Origin: Eledone cirrhosa
Taxonomy: Eukaryota
Assembly: GCA_964016885.1 (NCBI GenBank)
Contig: OZ024741.1
Location: 105,896,001 to 105,960,000, forward strand
Direction: 5' to 3'
DNA length: 64,000 nucleotides
How positions within the stretch are numbered: position 1 is the stretch's first letter; each line of letters starts with the position of its first letter. Positions 40,171 through 64,000 of this stretch are shown here, piece by piece. The notes under the pieces were generated by a model that did not search any database, was not told the origin of the DNA, and saw only the letters and a program-made list of their open reading frames with translations. The translations under genes and the position numbers were made by a program.

Positions 40171-41021
40171 GAAAGTAGAAAGTTAGCAAATAAATAAATG
40201 AATGAATGGATGAATGTACAAAAAGAAAACCGGGGGTTGTTCCCAGCGGAATGACCCAAAGGTTATTATTATCACTGATGCTGGAGTTGGCTTCCTCCTG
40301 TTAATGGTTGTGGTAGTGATTGCTGATAAGATGTTGGCGTATACACATATATGTTGTTGTTATTGTCACTGCCGCTGTCGTATCCTTGCTCTTGTCAATG
40401 GTAGTGGTAGTTGATACCGATCGCCATTTCGGCTGCCATGCTGGTTGCTGGTGCTCGAATGCCTTCTTTCACCCAAGATGCGGGGTTGTTGTTATTGACA
40501 CTGTTGCTGTCCTTGCTTTCCCCTTGGTAATGGTAGTGATAATTGTTGGTGCTACCTATCTCAGCTGTCAAGCTGGCTGCTGAATCAGCTTCTGTTTACA
40601 TTTTCGCATACATCTTAACGATATTCTCAATGGACGCCCTTACAATATTTGAATATAACTGAACCGTCGTATCATTTAATTTGAAAAGGGGAGTAAAGTA
40701 AAAGGAGAATAAAGTGAATTTGAAGTGTCAATCCCTTGCTTTTTTTTTTTTTTTTCTGACCGCTGGGGCTGTGGGGAGGACAGTGCGTGGGGCCCCATTT
40801 GCTCACCATACGGATTAATAGGCAAATTTATAAACTATGGTAAGAAATCTTGCAAGACAAATTCAAAAATAAAGTATATATGGTGTGTGTGTGTGTGTGT
40901 GTACACACTAAGGCATATAGTCTCTTTTCTCAGCACAATCTGAGTTTCTAAATATCAACCCTCTTAGTTTGCATATTAAAATGTATATGCTTTGAGTTTT
41001 ATTAAGGTGTAACTGTCAACA

Positions 41022-41140
41022 TAATTGTTTCTACTTTAGGCACAAGGCCAGCAATTACCCAGTGCATTACTGGTACTTTATTTTATCGACCCCGTAAGGA
41101 TGAAAGGCAAAGTCAACCTTGGCGGGATTTGAACTCAGAT
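41022..41140 (-). mobile_element. tRNA-derived SINE
   Basis: Core plus B-box. Confidence 0.8.
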
Positions 41141-41149
41141 GTAACTGTC

Positions 41150-41665
41150 AACATAATATTACAAATAGAGAGAGAAAAAATAAAAGAAAAGGGAAAGGAA
41201 AAAGGAAAGAGAAAAGGAAAAAACACAAGCAGGTAATACACACATCTAGGACCACATAAAACAATAAGTAAGCAAAAGATAACAATATCGCGAGGAGCAC
41301 TGGAAAACCTCTAATAATTTTTGAGGCAAGCCAGCACGCTCGCAGTATTACCTCGGGTGATGGCGAGGCTGATGCGCTGGAACAATCAAGAGCCCTCACA
41401 AGCATCGCCAGTTACTTCGGTTAGGCGAACCGCCAGTGAAGATAAGAACCTCGCAGGCAGTAGCCCAACTCCCCAAAACGTCTCGAACCCCACAGGCTGG
41501 AAAATGTAGTTAGCCGACAGATCACGGTATTTCAGGATTTTGTTCCGCTCGGCTGTGGAAGCTGTATCTCTAGCTCTAACCGCAGCATCCAACATGTGGG
41601 AAGAAGCAAAAGAGTCACTAACTGTAACGTCCCAGATAAGACACTTGCCTCTAAACCACGGGCTC
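41150..41665 (-). mobile_element. CRE-like 3' fragment (second lineage)
   Basis: WDVTV, AERNKILKYRDL, FQPVGFET. Confidence 0.7.
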
Positions 41666-41809
41666 AGGATAAGAGCGTCAGTCTTTTCCCATCAATTCTG
41701 GATAACTCAGACGGTTCCAAAATTGAGTGGATGTCAACCCTTTATACTAAAGATTTGTTTTTCAAGAAAAGACACTAGCATCTTTATTTGCAGAAATATT
41801 CATACAAAG

Positions 41810-42250
41810 CAATAAAAAAAAGAAATATAACGATAGAAGAAATTAAACAACGAAAGGAAGGGAAAGAGGGAGGGAGCTACAGACTCTACACCCTAGTCTG
41901 TGTGATATCTCTTGACTGCGTCCTACGGATAAAATGGCGAAGGCATTGCCACGAAGAACGGCCAGCGACACTTGCTGCAAAAGCCCCTCCCTCCACGGGG
42001 CTCCTTCCTTAGACGGGCTGCTGTTTTTCCGAAGGAAAATAGTAGTTCTAAGACCTATGACAAATGGAGTCTCGCTGGCAAGCAGTCTGCCAAACCCCGG
42101 TATTTTGGCAATTTTCCTCTCCTCTGCATCGTGAACGGCAGTGCCTGGCTTTGCGACCGAAGCAACAGTGGCATCCCAGATTAGGGATTTACCTCTCCAA
42201 ATGGGAAGAGAGTTATTCCTCTCAGCGCTTACCATCCCTCCACAATGGGT
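41810..42250 (-). mobile_element. CRE-like 3' fragment (third lineage)
   Basis: GKSLIWDATV, AEERKIAK, LQQVSLAVLRGNA. Confidence 0.7.
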
Positions 42251-42797
42251 GGGAAAACCCTTCTTCCTCAGAGTTTCTCCCACTAGCAAGGGATTGGCAA
42301 CAATTCTTAGCCTTAACCACACCAATTTCACCCAATGCATGAACCTCTACGTGGTTGCCATACCTGCTAGAAATAGCAACCAAATCTCCATCAAATCACG
42401 TCATACCGCCATAAAGAAGAACAAAAACACACTAGATAATAAAGTCCTTGGTGTACACTATACCAAAACAAAATAAAAAAAAAAACGTTTGGTAACTGCT
42501 GGAAACGATTTCGATCATGTGTCTGTTCCGTCATGGCTGACCTGGGGCTAAACAATACAACAATTATTAATGCCTCCTCTTAAGGATGCTCGTGTAATAA
42601 ACTCTATTTGTGTTTATCCCATGTCATTCTTTAAAAGCTAAAATCTCATTGGGATTTGAAATAGAAAATATGAGGTAACTGCTTCCATTTAATTAACCAG
42701 CCAGTAGCAAGCACCTACTATTCAAAGGGAGACAATTCAGGCAGTTTACGTCTTCTACACGTGAAAATATATACAACAGCACGGATCACCTCCGATC

Positions 42798-63939
<21,142 letters not shown>

Positions 63940-64000
63940 AACTCCACTCCTCCATCTTCTTCTTATTCATCGGAACCAGTTGCCCAACCAACTCACAGAC

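Overview
AT-rich, repeat-dense animal DNA. The SINE, RTE and microsatellite landscape suggests an octopod cephalopod (inference). The window holds two divergently transcribed, intron-containing genes that the ORF track fragments. (1) An XRRA1-like leucine-rich-repeat gene on the minus strand: exons 17877-17751, 14020-13848, 9468-9324, 6426-6329 and 57-<1, running off the left edge. (2) A complete 252-aa beta-carbonic anhydrase on the plus strand: exons 42798-42899, 61802-62026, 63062-63286 and 63733-63939, with an 18.9-kb first intron. Nearly everything else is mobile DNA: about 10 copies of an RTE-clade LINE, other RTE lineages, a CRE-like and an R4/Dong-like element, Tx1 fragments, two Gypsy LTR elements, Penelope-like fragments, a mariner, a Helitron, MITEs, SINEs and long TA-rich arrays. 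The most notable signals are: PHD (C4HC3) fingers in two unrelated non-LTR clades, one of them inside the RTE reverse transcriptase; apparent partitioning of microsatellite targets (RTE in (TA)n, Tx1/R4/SINE in (ATT)n); twin-priming inversions; a domain-permuted Gypsy; and a minimal hammerhead ribozyme. Family assignments come from motif recognition, not database searches.
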